The translations under genes were made by a program, and so were the position numbers. The notes below the pieces were generated by a model, which searched no databases, was not told the DNA's origin, and saw nothing but the letters and a program-made list of their open reading frames with translations. 54,057 bases of DNA, from the IMG/VR virus record IMGVR_UViG_3300048588_000062; one strand, written 5' to 3'. Below, piece by piece: positions 18,975 to 28,076 of the stretch. The number at the start of each line of letters is the position of its first letter. Positions within the stretch are counted from its first letter, which is position 1. Origin of the DNA: a virus.

Positions 18975-21900
18975 ATGGCCGGCCCGAAGAAGTCCCTGCC
19001 CCCTCCGATCGACCGGCCACTGTCCAAGGCGTACCTGCGGCAGTTCACCGGGTGGTCCACCGCGCACCCGCCCGGACTGTCGGAGCCGACATCCTGCCGG
19101 GTGATGGAGAACGTGTACGTGCGGCGCAACGGGGAGATGGCGGTACGGCCAGGGCTGCGCTACATGACGTACTCGCAAACCCCCGACATGGACACCGAGA
19201 TCACCGGGGTTCCCGGCCGTGCCGTGGACCAGCCGGTGGTCGGGTCGTACGAACCGTTCTACACCTACGACGGGTCGATGGCGCTGCTGTTCGCCGTGCG
19301 GGAGCAGGACGAGACGGTGGGCTTCCGGGCGCTGCTGTTCTCCGGGGCGAAGAACTCTGTGTACAGGCTGAATGACCCGAAGATCGGGTTCTACATTCCC
19401 GGCGGGGATGACACCTACATGAACTTCAGCAGTGCCACGACTTACGTGAAGTACCTGCAGATCGACAACAAGATCATGGCGTTGTCGGATGCCGGGGAGT
19501 CGATGCGGCTGTTCCTGGTCGGCGGGCAGAAGGTGGCCAAACGGCTCAACCCGATCACCCAGCCGGAATGGGTGGACGGCCACAAGCTGACAGTTGTCCA
19601 CCCCGACGCCGCGTGGATCTTGAAGCAGGGCTACCAGCTGCGCCGCAACGAACTGCTGAACCCCTCGTTCGAGATCGGGTTCACCTACTGGGAACGGCTC
19701 GACGAGGATCTGTGCGCGTGGGAGATCGTCGACGGGTCGGCCGTGGCCGGGCAGCGGATGTTGCGCCTGCGTTCCAAGCCTGCCCGGGTGAACCTGCAGT
19801 ACGCCCCGCTGCACGATGTGGCGGCCACCGGCCTGGCCGGCTGGCATTCCCACCAGGAGCAGGGCAACCCCGATCTGCTGATCGACGGTTCGTGGATGAA
19901 GGTGTTCGACAAGAAGGGCACCGGGCGGTTCCTGGCCTACGGCGCGAAACTGGAAGGCGTGGTCCCGGGCCGCAAGTACAAGTTGGCGTTCGACTATGAG
20001 GCCAGCAGCGACACCCTGCTGACAGGGCGGCTCACGTTCTACGGGACCAACGGGTCACGCATCGGCAGCCACCACTACTTCACACCCGGTGAGCGTCAGC
20101 CGATGACCGGCCGGTACGAGACGCCCAGCGTGGAGGCCCCGCCAGGTGCGGTGACCGTGCGGGTCGCCGTGGGCGGTGACAGCTCGCAGCGCCGGGCGTC
20201 ATGGATCAAGGTGAAGAACGTCGTCGTGTGCCGCAAGAACGAGTCGTCGGCGATGTTCTCCGTCAACTCGGGAGCCGACTACTTCTGGGACGGCGAAGCC
20301 AACAAGTCCGCAACCGTCCACCATCCTCCGCAGACCCTGGTGGTGCGCAGCTCCCAGGCCGACATCCGTCCCGCGACGGCCCTGGCCGGCTCCATCTATG
20401 TCCGGGCCAGCGGGGGTGGGCCGACCGCCGAGATGCGGCTGCGCATGTTGAACAAGAACAAGGTGGAGGTGGATGCCGTCGCGGGGTCTCGGGCCACCAC
20501 CGGCACGTTCGAGCGGATCACCGCGCTGAACCCCGACACTCCCGCGTCGGCGGTCAAGGCCGACCTGACGGTGACGGTCCCTCTCGTCGCCCGCGGAGTG
20601 TCGGTGTTCCTCGACTGCGCGATGATCGAGCACTCGGCCACGGCGGACACCTACTTCGACGGCTCCACCCCGAACGTGTACGGCCCCGAAGGGCAACTGT
20701 CACTGTTCAACCGGTGGTCGGATGTGGAGGCACCGCACGCCAGTGTCAGCCTTCAGGACCGCTACGTGGACTCCACGGCGATCCCGCCGGTCGAGACACC
20801 GAACGCCGACACGCTGATCTCGACCGACCCGACGAAGAACACCTTCAAGGCCGGGTTCTTCTACATGTTCGAGAACGAGGTCGGGGAGTCGAGCGCGTCG
20901 AAGATCACCGAGGTGGTGATGCAACGCCCGGCGTCGAACTGGAAGTGGCTGATGCCCAAGAGCGCCAGCGACCCGACCCCCGACCCGACACAGCCGACAC
21001 AGACCGCGGACCTGTGCGCGGACCAGCTGGTGGCGTACATGCCCGAGGATGTGTACCGTAACGCGGTGGCGGCCGGGGCGGTGCGCTGGACCCTGTACGG
21101 GTTCTACTGGTCGAACCAGGATGTCGTACCGGTGGAGGGGATGCAGCTGGGGGTGCGCGAACTGTACCCCGATGTGTACGCCCAGGTGGACGGCCGGGCC
21201 CTGGCGTATAGCAAGGGCGGCTGGATCAACGTGACGCCGGCCAGGAAGATGACGCTGAACTCGGCGTTCCTGCCGACGAAGGAGAACCTGGTCAACTACT
21301 CGGTGCCGCCGAAGGCCCGCAACGGCCTGGTCGCCGCCGACCGCACGATCCTGGTCGGGGATCCGAACGCGGCGGCCACGATCAACTGGACGTCGGCCCG
21401 GCCCGGGGAGTACCTGAGTTTCACCGCGAACCGGGGCGGCGGCAAGAAGACGCTGTCGGCGGGCAACCTGCATCTGCCCGGAGCGGTGGCGCTGTGGCAG
21501 AACCCGCAGAGTGTGGACACCCTGACCGTGTTGTGCCTGGGCAGTGATGGGCTGTCGACGTGCTACTACATGACACCGGCCGCGGTGAACGCGCAGTCAT
21601 CCTCGACCACTGTGATGGGGTTCGAGGAGACGACGAACACTCCTGGGTCGATGGCGCCGTACGGCGTCGAAGTGGTCAACAACGCATTGTGGCGACCGAT
21701 CGACCGTGCGCTGCTGAAGTCCACCGCGCAGAACTACAACATCAACCACAAGCCGGTGACCGATGACATCGCCGACATGTGGACGGGGCTGAACTCGAAG
21801 AACTGGATCATCTCCTCGAACTTGGACAACCGGCTGTATTACGTAGTCAACAACCCGCTTGGCGCGTCCTTGGAGGACGACTGCAAGGGCAACGAGATCT

Positions 21901-22553
21901 GGGTGTACGACCTCAACGGCGGCAAGACGGGAACGTGGTCACGGTTCCTCATCCAGGCATCGTCGGTGAAGAAGATCGAGTTCGGTGGCCGGGTGTACAT
22001 GGGTGTGTCCAGGCCTGACGGTCTGTACTACCTGGATCCGGATGCACGCCTGGATGATGTGGTGACGGACTCCGGCATCGTGGAGCAGCGAGCCATCCCG
22101 TGGTACTTCGAGACGAACACCCAGGGCGCGAACCGGGCGCACGATGCGTGGGCACATCTCCAACAGGTGAGCGTGTCGTTCGGTGACTTCTACGGGACGG
22201 CCCGTTACGGCGTGAAGGGTGTGACCCTGAACGGCAACCGGCTGGACACCGAGAAGATCTTCGAGGATCTGACCACTGTCGATTCGACAGGGCTGTCCTG
22301 GGATGTGATCGACCATCTCCTCGTTCGCAGGGACGCGATGGAGTGGCGTTTCTTCGCCGGCAGTGTTGACGGGAAACCGAGTTCAGGGTCTGTCGGATGG
22401 GTGCAATACCGCTACACACCGATCTCGGTCAACGTCGGTTACGAGTACGGCAGTGTGGAGACGTTCGAGTACGGCAGGAATGTTGTAGATGGCGGGGATG
22501 TCTACTCGACCAACGGGATTCCAACGCCTATGCAGGACATGAGCAGGCCATAG
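18975..22553 (+). CDS. Large tail protein with two CBM-like or jelly-roll modules (nozzle or tail tubular B-like, positional)
   Basis: 1,192 aa. LLNPSFEIGFTYWE opens a CBM_4_9-like module. The second module ends VFLDCAMIEHSATADTYFDGSTP, a typical end of actinophage minor-tail jelly rolls. Confidence 0.55.
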   Translation: MAGPKKSLPPPIDRPLSKAYLRQFTGWSTAHPPGLSEPTSCRVMENVYVRRNGEMAVRPGLRYMTYSQTPDMDTEITGVPGRAVDQPVVGSYEPFYTYDGSMALLFAVREQDETVGFRALLFSGAKNSVYRLNDPKIGFYIPGGDDTYMNFSSATTYVKYLQIDNKIMALSDAGESMRLFLVGGQKVAKRLNPITQPEWVDGHKLTVVHPDAAWILKQGYQLRRNELLNPSFEIGFTYWERLDEDLCAWEIVDGSAVAGQRMLRLRSKPARVNLQYAPLHDVAATGLAGWHSHQEQGNPDLLIDGSWMKVFDKKGTGRFLAYGAKLEGVVPGRKYKLAFDYEASSDTLLTGRLTFYGTNGSRIGSHHYFTPGERQPMTGRYETPSVEAPPGAVTVRVAVGGDSSQRRASWIKVKNVVVCRKNESSAMFSVNSGADYFWDGEANKSATVHHPPQTLVVRSSQADIRPATALAGSIYVRASGGGPTAEMRLRMLNKNKVEVDAVAGSRATTGTFERITALNPDTPASAVKADLTVTVPLVARGVSVFLDCAMIEHSATADTYFDGSTPNVYGPEGQLSLFNRWSDVEAPHASVSLQDRYVDSTAIPPVETPNADTLISTDPTKNTFKAGFFYMFENEVGESSASKITEVVMQRPASNWKWLMPKSASDPTPDPTQPTQTADLCADQLVAYMPEDVYRNAVAAGAVRWTLYGFYWSNQDVVPVEGMQLGVRELYPDVYAQVDGRALAYSKGGWINVTPARKMTLNSAFLPTKENLVNYSVPPKARNGLVAADRTILVGDPNAAATINWTSARPGEYLSFTANRGGGKKTLSAGNLHLPGAVALWQNPQSVDTLTVLCLGSDGLSTCYYMTPAAVNAQSSSTTVMGFEETTNTPGSMAPYGVEVVNNALWRPIDRALLKSTAQNYNINHKPVTDDIADMWTGLNSKNWIISSNLDNRLYYVVNNPLGASLEDDCKGNEIWVYDLNGGKTGTWSRFLIQASSVKKIEFGGRVYMGVSRPDGLYYLDPDARLDDVVTDSGIVEQRAIPWYFETNTQGANRAHDAWAHLQQVSVSFGDFYGTARYGVKGVTLNGNRLDTEKIFEDLTTVDSTGLSWDVIDHLLVRRDAMEWRFFAGSVDGKPSSGSVGWVQYRYTPISVNVGYEYGSVETFEYGRNVVDGGDVYSTNGIPTPMQDMSRP

Positions 22554-22587
22554 GCGACGGAATACCCCGTAAAGGGGGAGACGTCGC
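22554..22587 (+). terminator. Interrupted stem-loop immediately after the last gene of the 44568-22553 block
   Basis: GCGACG (22554-22559) pairs with CGTCGC (22582-22587), enclosing CCCC-gtaaa-GGGG. There is no U-tract. Confidence 0.35.
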
Positions 22588-22648
22588 AGGGGCCTGGGTA
22601 CCTTACTTCTCACGATTGTCGAACGGGTGTTCGCTTGTGAGCCCCTTT

Positions 22649-22765
22649 GTAGTCAATGTAGTCAGTGTAGTCACCTCTTTTACCTTTGTAGAAAGGGGGA
22701 TAGATAAATAGAGTAGTAACTATAGGGGTCTTGAAAGGGGTGACTACAGGTGACTACATGACTAC
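22649..22765. promoter_or_regulatory. Regulatory module R1: 3x GTAGTCA, an AT-rich core, then 3x TGACTAC
   Basis: GTAGTCA is at 22649, 22658 and 22667 (9-bp phase). The core contains TTGAAA (22731-22736). TGACTAC is at 22741, 22751 and 22759. The module lies 140 nt upstream of ATG 22905. Confidence 0.7.
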
Positions 22766-22904
22766 ATATTGATCGGGGTCGATGGGTGGGTCCACATGCC
22801 CAGGCCCCCTGCGACACCGGGTGCTCCTGGGCGACACGGATGATCTTCACCCGTTGAACTGCTACAGTCCGTCGTAACGGCCTGTTAGCACACCTAGGAG
22901 ACAC

Positions 22905-23771
22905 ATGTCGGCGCAACGCAAGCCAGGGCTGTACCGCCAGCTCAGAGTCACAGGACGGCCTCTGACCCGCTCCTACAGCGACTACACGACAGAGGTGCTG
23001 GAGGCCGAACTCCAGGCGGCGATCAGCGAGGGGTTCGTCGACGCAATCCCGGAAGACCCCGGCGCGACCCAGCAGAGGCCCGCAGCGGCGCGAAAGATCG
23101 AACCCGAGCTTTCACCCCCGGCCGAGTTCTTCGGCCTTCCTGAGCCTGCTCCTGCCCCGGCACCGCAGCCTGTCGCGGCACAGGCCGACGTACCGCAGAC
23201 CCCGTGGGGGCCGGAGGACCAGCCCGCCCCTGCTCCCCGGCAGCAGCCCGCCACCGTTCCGGTGTCCTCGCAGCCCGATCCCGAGGAACTGCCCGGTCAA
23301 CGGCTCAACACCGCAGCCCCCGACGAGGTGATCCGCGTTGACGAGCTGGGCCGCAAGTGGCACCAGGAGGAAGTGCGTAAGCCCGCCTTCCCGAAACCCC
23401 GCGGCCGGCGCGTGCTGCAATACACCGAGACAGGTGTCGCCACTCAGACCGTGCAGAACGGTGAGTACGTGGAGACCTTCGAGGTCGCCGGCAACCAGCC
23501 GCAGCGTCCCGCCCAGGTGAAGATCACGTTGCCGTCCTACCAGGTCGGTATCTACACCGACCCGCGTTTCCCGTTCAAGATCCACTGCTATGACGGACGG
23601 GAAGGCTTCGACCTGCAGGATGTGCAGGCCTACTTCGGCGGGGCCGAGCTGGTGCCCGCCAGTGTCAAGCGCGTCTACATCGAGAACGCGCTGTGCTACG
23701 ACATCCGCTCTGTGATCCGCACGATCGAATCCGAATACCGCCAACTCCAACTGATGGGAAAGATCAAGTGA
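22905..23771 (+). CDS. Hypothetical Pro-rich protein (288 aa)
   Basis: SD (AGGAG) 5 nt upstream. GC3 checked by hand and is high throughout. Confidence 0.65.
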   Translation: MSAQRKPGLYRQLRVTGRPLTRSYSDYTTEVLEAELQAAISEGFVDAIPEDPGATQQRPAAARKIEPELSPPAEFFGLPEPAPAPAPQPVAAQADVPQTPWGPEDQPAPAPRQQPATVPVSSQPDPEELPGQRLNTAAPDEVIRVDELGRKWHQEEVRKPAFPKPRGRRVLQYTETGVATQTVQNGEYVETFEVAGNQPQRPAQVKITLPSYQVGIYTDPRFPFKIHCYDGREGFDLQDVQAYFGGAELVPASVKRVYIENALCYDIRSVIRTIESEYRQLQLMGKIK

Positions 23772-24334
23772 CCGACACCCCCGAGACCTCCAACCTGACT
23801 GTCGAGGACATCCTGGCCGAGGCCCAGGACGCGGCCTACCACAGTCTGCTGGAGACCTGGCAGCGGATTCTCCAGCCGTCAGGTGAGGTCCGCATGGAGC
23901 CGATCACCCCGCAGTGGTCGTTGCGGATCATCAACAAGTTCCCGCAGATCGGGTTCGCCGACATGCCGGAGTTCCGGGACGCCTTCTACGATCTGCTCGA
24001 GGAGATGTACGACGGTCTGGTCTCCGAGATCGACTCCGATGACGAGTGCTTCAACGTCGACAGCCCGGAGGAGGACGTCGAGCGCAACGGCCACCACTAC
24101 CTCAACGTGCTGTTCACCTGGCAGAAGATCATCCTCAGCCGGGAACTGGACTGGAACTGTGAGTCCACCACGGCCGCCATCGACGTCGCTGTGATGTCCG
24201 AGGTCCACCGCATGTTCTTCGACGGCACCGGGATCACTGCGCTGCTCGACCAGATCGGCTTCCAGTTCACCGAGGACAACCAGCAGCAGCTCACTGCCGA
24301 ACTGCAGGAGCTCAAGAACACCTGGGTGGGCTGA
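23768..24334 (+). CDS. Hypothetical acidic protein (188 aa)
   Basis: GTGA overlap start at 23768; the longer track start at 23693 overlaps the upstream gene. Strongly acidic sequence. Confidence 0.55.
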   Translation: MTDTPETSNLTVEDILAEAQDAAYHSLLETWQRILQPSGEVRMEPITPQWSLRIINKFPQIGFADMPEFRDAFYDLLEEMYDGLVSEIDSDDECFNVDSPEEDVERNGHHYLNVLFTWQKIILSRELDWNCESTTAAIDVAVMSEVHRMFFDGTGITALLDQIGFQFTEDNQQQLTAELQELKNTWVG

Positions 24335-24337
24335 TGA

Positions 24338-24748
24338 GTGTCACGCCTGATGACGAGCGTGAGGCGGTTGAACTCCCGAATCACGGAGATCTGGCTTTCA
24401 CTGCTCTTATGGATGCACTCGCGCCCGACGCGCAAGCAGAAACGCCAGCAGGAACAGGAGCGCCTGCTCCGGCTGGTGGAGGAGCAGAGCCTGCGCAACC
24501 AGCGAATCCTGCTGTGGGAGGCGCTGCAACCGGTGTCGCAGGCGATGCACCGGCTGGATCAGAACCAGCAGCAGAACAGCCGGCAACACCAGCAACAGCT
24601 GGAGCAGCTGGAGGAGATGCTGATGGAAGTGCTGAACAGTCTGCAGCCGTCAGCACAGGAGCAGATCTTCCCCCGGATTGGACCGCATCTGCCGACGATC
24701 TCGTCCCACGGTTCGGGGAACTCGGCAAGGCTCTCGAAACCAACCTGA
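24338..24748 (+). CDS. Basic coiled-coil protein in the frame supported by codon bias. It is either the N-terminal part of a -1 frameshift fusion or a separate gene.
   Basis: GTG 24338 (or ATG 24350). For 24422-24670, this frame has GC3 of 72/83 codons (87%) by hand count. The overlapping track frame (24334..) has 22/83 (27%). Confidence 0.6.
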   Translation: MSRLMTSVRRLNSRITEIWLSLLLWMHSRPTRKQKRQQEQERLLRLVEEQSLRNQRILLWEALQPVSQAMHRLDQNQQQNSRQHQQQLEQLEEMLMEVLNSLQPSAQEQIFPRIGPHLPTISSHGSGNSARLSKPT

Positions 24749-25374
24749 CGAAAGCCGTCCAGCAGGAGGCGTTCGACGAGACCCGCAACGACTACGAGCG
24801 GTACTTCCAGGCGTTGGAAACCCACCCGCGTCTGCTCGTCGGCACCGAGGTTCCCGCGATCGGCCGGGACGGGATGGAACGGCTGAAGGACTCCGCGGAC
24901 GCCAAGGAGTGGCAGGAGGCGGTACGCGCCCTGCTCGGCCAGGAGGTGGAGGCACGGGCCCAGGAGAAACTGGAAGCCGACCGCAGCACCCTGGACACCT
25001 TGCACAGTTCGATCGGGTTGTTCGCCAGTAACAAGGATCTGATCCCCGGCACCCGCGACTTCAACAAGACGTTGGCCGACGAGTTCGCCAGGACCGTGCA
25101 GCCGTACGAGATCCGCAGCGACGGCAAGCTCATCGGCTACAGCGTGCCGGTGCAGCCGATCATCGACGTGTTGCGCAAGCAGACACAGACCCCGACCACG
25201 GTAGCCTCGGGGAAGGAGCAAACCGCCAGTCCTGCTCCTGCACAGCCTGCGGCGGGCCAGACTCCTGCTGATCCGCCGCAGGCTGGTATCCCCACGAAAG
25301 CGGGCAGCAGTGCGGAGAAGGAGGATTACTCCGTGCTCTTCGGCACAATAGGATTGCCGAACCTGCAGATCTGA
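24673..25374 (+). CDS. C-terminal module of the scaffold-like protein. Its frame is that of track ORF 24334..25374, and it has no start codon of its own before 24814.
   Basis: This frame only gains genome-typical GC3 (37/45 codons for 24679-24813) from about 24670 onward. It contains no ATG, GTG or TTG between 24517 and 24813. The sequence is coiled-coil rich and sits close to the terminase, so a scaffold role is a guess. Confidence 0.5.
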   Translation, partial: PDWTASADDLVPRFGELGKALETNLTKAVQQEAFDETRNDYERYFQALETHPRLLVGTEVPAIGRDGMERLKDSADAKEWQEAVRALLGQEVEARAQEKLEADRSTLDTLHSSIGLFASNKDLIPGTRDFNKTLADEFARTVQPYEIRSDGKLIGYSVPVQPIIDVLRKQTQTPTTVASGKEQTASPAPAQPAAGQTPADPPQAGIPTKAGSSAEKEDYSVLFGTIGLPNLQI

Positions 25375-25387
25375 AGGGATCACCGCC

Positions 25388-26320
25388 ATGACCACTCCGC
25401 ACGCCGCCACGGGCTACAGCAATCCTGCCCGGAAATCACCGGCCGAGACCGTTGCGCAGAACTCCGCCGAGGTCGCCAGTGCCCGCACCGGGTATCACCG
25501 CAGTTTCCAGTCCAGCGTGCAGCAGTACGCAGAGCTGACCGGAAGCGCCGAACGTGTCACTGTGTACGACACGTTCGACACCAACCAGCTGTCCACGCTA
25601 TGGCCGAACTCCTATGGAGGGGTGACGGTCAGCAACGGCGCAGCCAGCGTCCCGGTGCTGGACGCCTACGGCGCAGCACTGTGGGCCGGAGACCTGCCGG
25701 CGTTCAGCGAGGTGGAGTTCGTGTTCGGCGACGTCGACCTGGTCGACTGGGACGGCGAGGTCGGCGTGACCTGCCGGGCCGCCGACAATAGCGCGCTGTT
25801 CGGGATTCGCGGCTGGGGCCCCGGCGGCGGCACGAACCTGGAAGCGAAGGTCAACGGCCTGGGGGTGTACACCACAGCTGTCCCCGGTGCGAACTGGAAG
25901 TGGGTGAGGATCGTGCACACCCTTACCGAGATCCAGTTCCTGATCTCCGCCGACGGGGATGTCTGGACCACCTTCCACGTCGAGGAGGAAGTGGTCGCCA
26001 AGGACGCCACCCAGTTCCTCGTGAACCCCGGACGCTGGGATGGTGCCGGCGGGATCGTGGAGATCGAGCAGGTCGGGTTCGTGGCCACCGCTACCCGTGC
26101 TGCCGTGCAGCAGGCCGGGTTCGCGGCCACTGCTGCCAGTGCTCCGGCGCCGCAGGACGACCCGCCTCCCACCATCAACGCCACCATCGCGCAGTTGATG
26201 GAGTGGGTCGGCGACAATCCGGCGCGCGCGCAGATCGTGCTGGACGCGGAGAACGCCAAGGACGCTCCGCGCTCCACCCTGGTCAGCCAGCTCGAAGATC
26301 TGATCAGCTCATCTGAATAG
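25388..26320 (+). CDS. Hypothetical protein with a jelly-roll-like core and a C-terminal HeH-like helix pair
   Basis: 310 aa with high GC3. The C-terminal TIAQLMEWVGDNPARAQIVLDAENAKDAPRSTLVSQLEDLI resembles the HeH motif often seen in actinophage head-associated proteins. Confidence 0.55.
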   Translation: MTTPHAATGYSNPARKSPAETVAQNSAEVASARTGYHRSFQSSVQQYAELTGSAERVTVYDTFDTNQLSTLWPNSYGGVTVSNGAASVPVLDAYGAALWAGDLPAFSEVEFVFGDVDLVDWDGEVGVTCRAADNSALFGIRGWGPGGGTNLEAKVNGLGVYTTAVPGANWKWVRIVHTLTEIQFLISADGDVWTTFHVEEEVVAKDATQFLVNPGRWDGAGGIVEIEQVGFVATATRAAVQQAGFAATAASAPAPQDDPPPTINATIAQLMEWVGDNPARAQIVLDAENAKDAPRSTLVSQLEDLISSSE

Positions 26321-26328
26321 GAGCCGCG

Positions 26329-27789
26329 GTGCCGACCTTCCCGGTCTACTACAAGCCGAGGCCGTATCAACAGGAACTCCACAAGATGTGGAGAACCAAG
26401 CGGTACGGGATCGCGGTGCTGCCCCGGCAGACCGGGAAGGATGTCGCCGCGTCGATGGAGCAGTGTGACGCACGGCTCAAGACGGCGAAGACGACGGGGG
26501 TGTACATCTCGCTGTCCAACCCGATGATCCGCGACATCCTGTGGGACAAGACGTACATCGACCCGGTGACGGGGGACTATGTGCGTGGCCTGCACGACAA
26601 CGTGCCGGCGGAGGTGGTGGCCTGGAAGGACACCGTGATGGAGGGCCGGTTCACCAACCACAGCCGGCTGAAGTTGCAGGGCTACTTCCAGTCCGGCCAG
26701 GACAAGGCCGGTGTCGGCACCTCGTTCCAGGACTACACGATCACCGAGCTGGCGCTGTTCAGCCGGGAGGATCCGATTCCACGGCTCATGCCGATCCTCG
26801 AGAACCGCGCCGAACAGAAGCGGCTGATGGTGGTCAGCACTCCGCGTGGCAAACGGCGCAACCCGCTGTGGCAGTTGATGGAGTCGATGAAGACCAACCC
26901 GGAGGCACAGGTCATCATCCGCGACATTGACGATCTCAACAGGATCATGAAGCGCGAAGGCCTCCCGCCGGTCCTCACCGAGGACGAACTCGAACGGATC
27001 AGGGACACCTACCTGAAACGGTTCGGCAACGACCGGATGTTCGAGCAGGAATACTACGTCTCCTTCGAGGAGATGGACGCGGCGGCCGTGTACGGCGAGG
27101 CGTACATGCAGCTCGAACGGGACAACCGGGTTCACGACTTCAACCTCGACCCCGGCCACCCGGTGTACGTGGCCTTCGACATCGGCTCCTCGGGGATCCA
27201 GTCGGACGCCACCAGTTGGGTCGCGTTCCAGTGGATCAACGGGCGGCTGTTCCTGTACGACTGCGGAGAGGGTCACGGCATGGCGCTGCCGGAGTACGTG
27301 GACGTGCTGCAGACCAAGCACTACTTCAACAAGATCGCCGCGATCATCCTGCCGTGGGACGGCGACCACCACGAGAAGGCGATCAACACCACGCCGGCCG
27401 ACATGATGCGCCAGCGGTTCGGCAACGTCGCGGTGCTCGCCAAGTCCAACAAGGTGTGGAAGATCCCCGGTTCCCGGCAAGGGGACTTCTCGATCATCAC
27501 CGACATCCAGCAGACCCGCATGACGCTGTACAACACGATCGTCCACAAGACGAACTGCGAGTGGTTGCTGGAGTGCCTGGAGAACTACAAGTACGAGTTC
27601 AACACCCGGTTGCAGATGTGGTCCCAGCAGCCGTTGCACGACAAGTACAGCCACATGATGGACGCCTTGCGTTACGCGGTGCAGTCCGTGAAGGAACTGG
27701 ACTTCTTCAGCGGAAAGTTTTTCGACCATTCCGGGGAGACCCAGAAGTCGGTTAGTTACGAAGAGGACTGGACAGGGGTGTGGGCATGA
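26329..27789 (+). CDS. terL: Terminase large subunit
   Basis: GTG start with AGGAG upstream. The N-terminal ATPase has a Walker A-like LPRQTGKD. The C-terminal nuclease-like region includes VYVAFDIGSSG. Size is 486 aa. Confidence 0.8.
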   Translation: MPTFPVYYKPRPYQQELHKMWRTKRYGIAVLPRQTGKDVAASMEQCDARLKTAKTTGVYISLSNPMIRDILWDKTYIDPVTGDYVRGLHDNVPAEVVAWKDTVMEGRFTNHSRLKLQGYFQSGQDKAGVGTSFQDYTITELALFSREDPIPRLMPILENRAEQKRLMVVSTPRGKRRNPLWQLMESMKTNPEAQVIIRDIDDLNRIMKREGLPPVLTEDELERIRDTYLKRFGNDRMFEQEYYVSFEEMDAAAVYGEAYMQLERDNRVHDFNLDPGHPVYVAFDIGSSGIQSDATSWVAFQWINGRLFLYDCGEGHGMALPEYVDVLQTKHYFNKIAAIILPWDGDHHEKAINTTPADMMRQRFGNVAVLAKSNKVWKIPGSRQGDFSIITDIQQTRMTLYNTIVHKTNCEWLLECLENYKYEFNTRLQMWSQQPLHDKYSHMMDALRYAVQSVKELDFFSGKFFDHSGETQKSVSYEEDWTGVWA

Positions 27790-28076
27790 AGATCGTCACC
27801 ATCAAGCAGGCGATGCAGCACGTCGCAGACAACCCGGAGATGGTCACCGACGAGATGCTGGCGGTGCCGACGCACGAGCTGGTGGTGCGCACCCTGTTCG
27901 AGATCGCCAACAGTCCGAACACCCGTGACCGGGGTGCGATGACCAGGGCCAACGTCGCCCGGACCATGATCTTCAACCGGCTGGTGGGCCGGCGGAAGTC
28001 CGGCTCTCACCCAGCCACCAACCGTCAGATCGAGGTCGAGTTCGTCGATCTCACAGGAGGTGCGATCGAATCATGA
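27786..28076 (+). CDS. Hypothetical protein (96 aa)
   Basis: ATGA overlap with the terminase stop. Good GC3. Confidence 0.5.
   Translation: MKIVTIKQAMQHVADNPEMVTDEMLAVPTHELVVRTLFEIANSPNTRDRGAMTRANVARTMIFNRLVGRRKSGSHPATNRQIEVEFVDLTGGAIES

Noticed and set aside
22731-22769. Host sigma-70/SigA-type promoter inside modules R1 and R2 (TTGAAA-n17-CTACAT, or GTGACT-n18-CATATT)
   Set aside because: The conserved candidate -10 (CTACAT or TACATG) is a poor match. The better CATATT is not conserved in R2. I kept the region as regulatory without calling -35 or -10 boxes.
22680-22916. Track ORFs 22680..22916(-) and 43123..43311(+) share the peptide SHVVTCSH-FQDPY, suggesting a duplicated small gene
   Set aside because: The shared peptide is just the translation of the inverted GTAGTCA-array DNA repeat. 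Both ORFs are AT-rich, lack an RBS and show no coding bias.
24334-25374. Accepting the track's 346-aa ORF as a simple gene starting at ATG 24334
   Set aside because: Its first ~110 codons have about 27% GC3 in a genome where real genes show about 80-90%. The overlapping frame carries the coding signature there. See the frame-switch finding.
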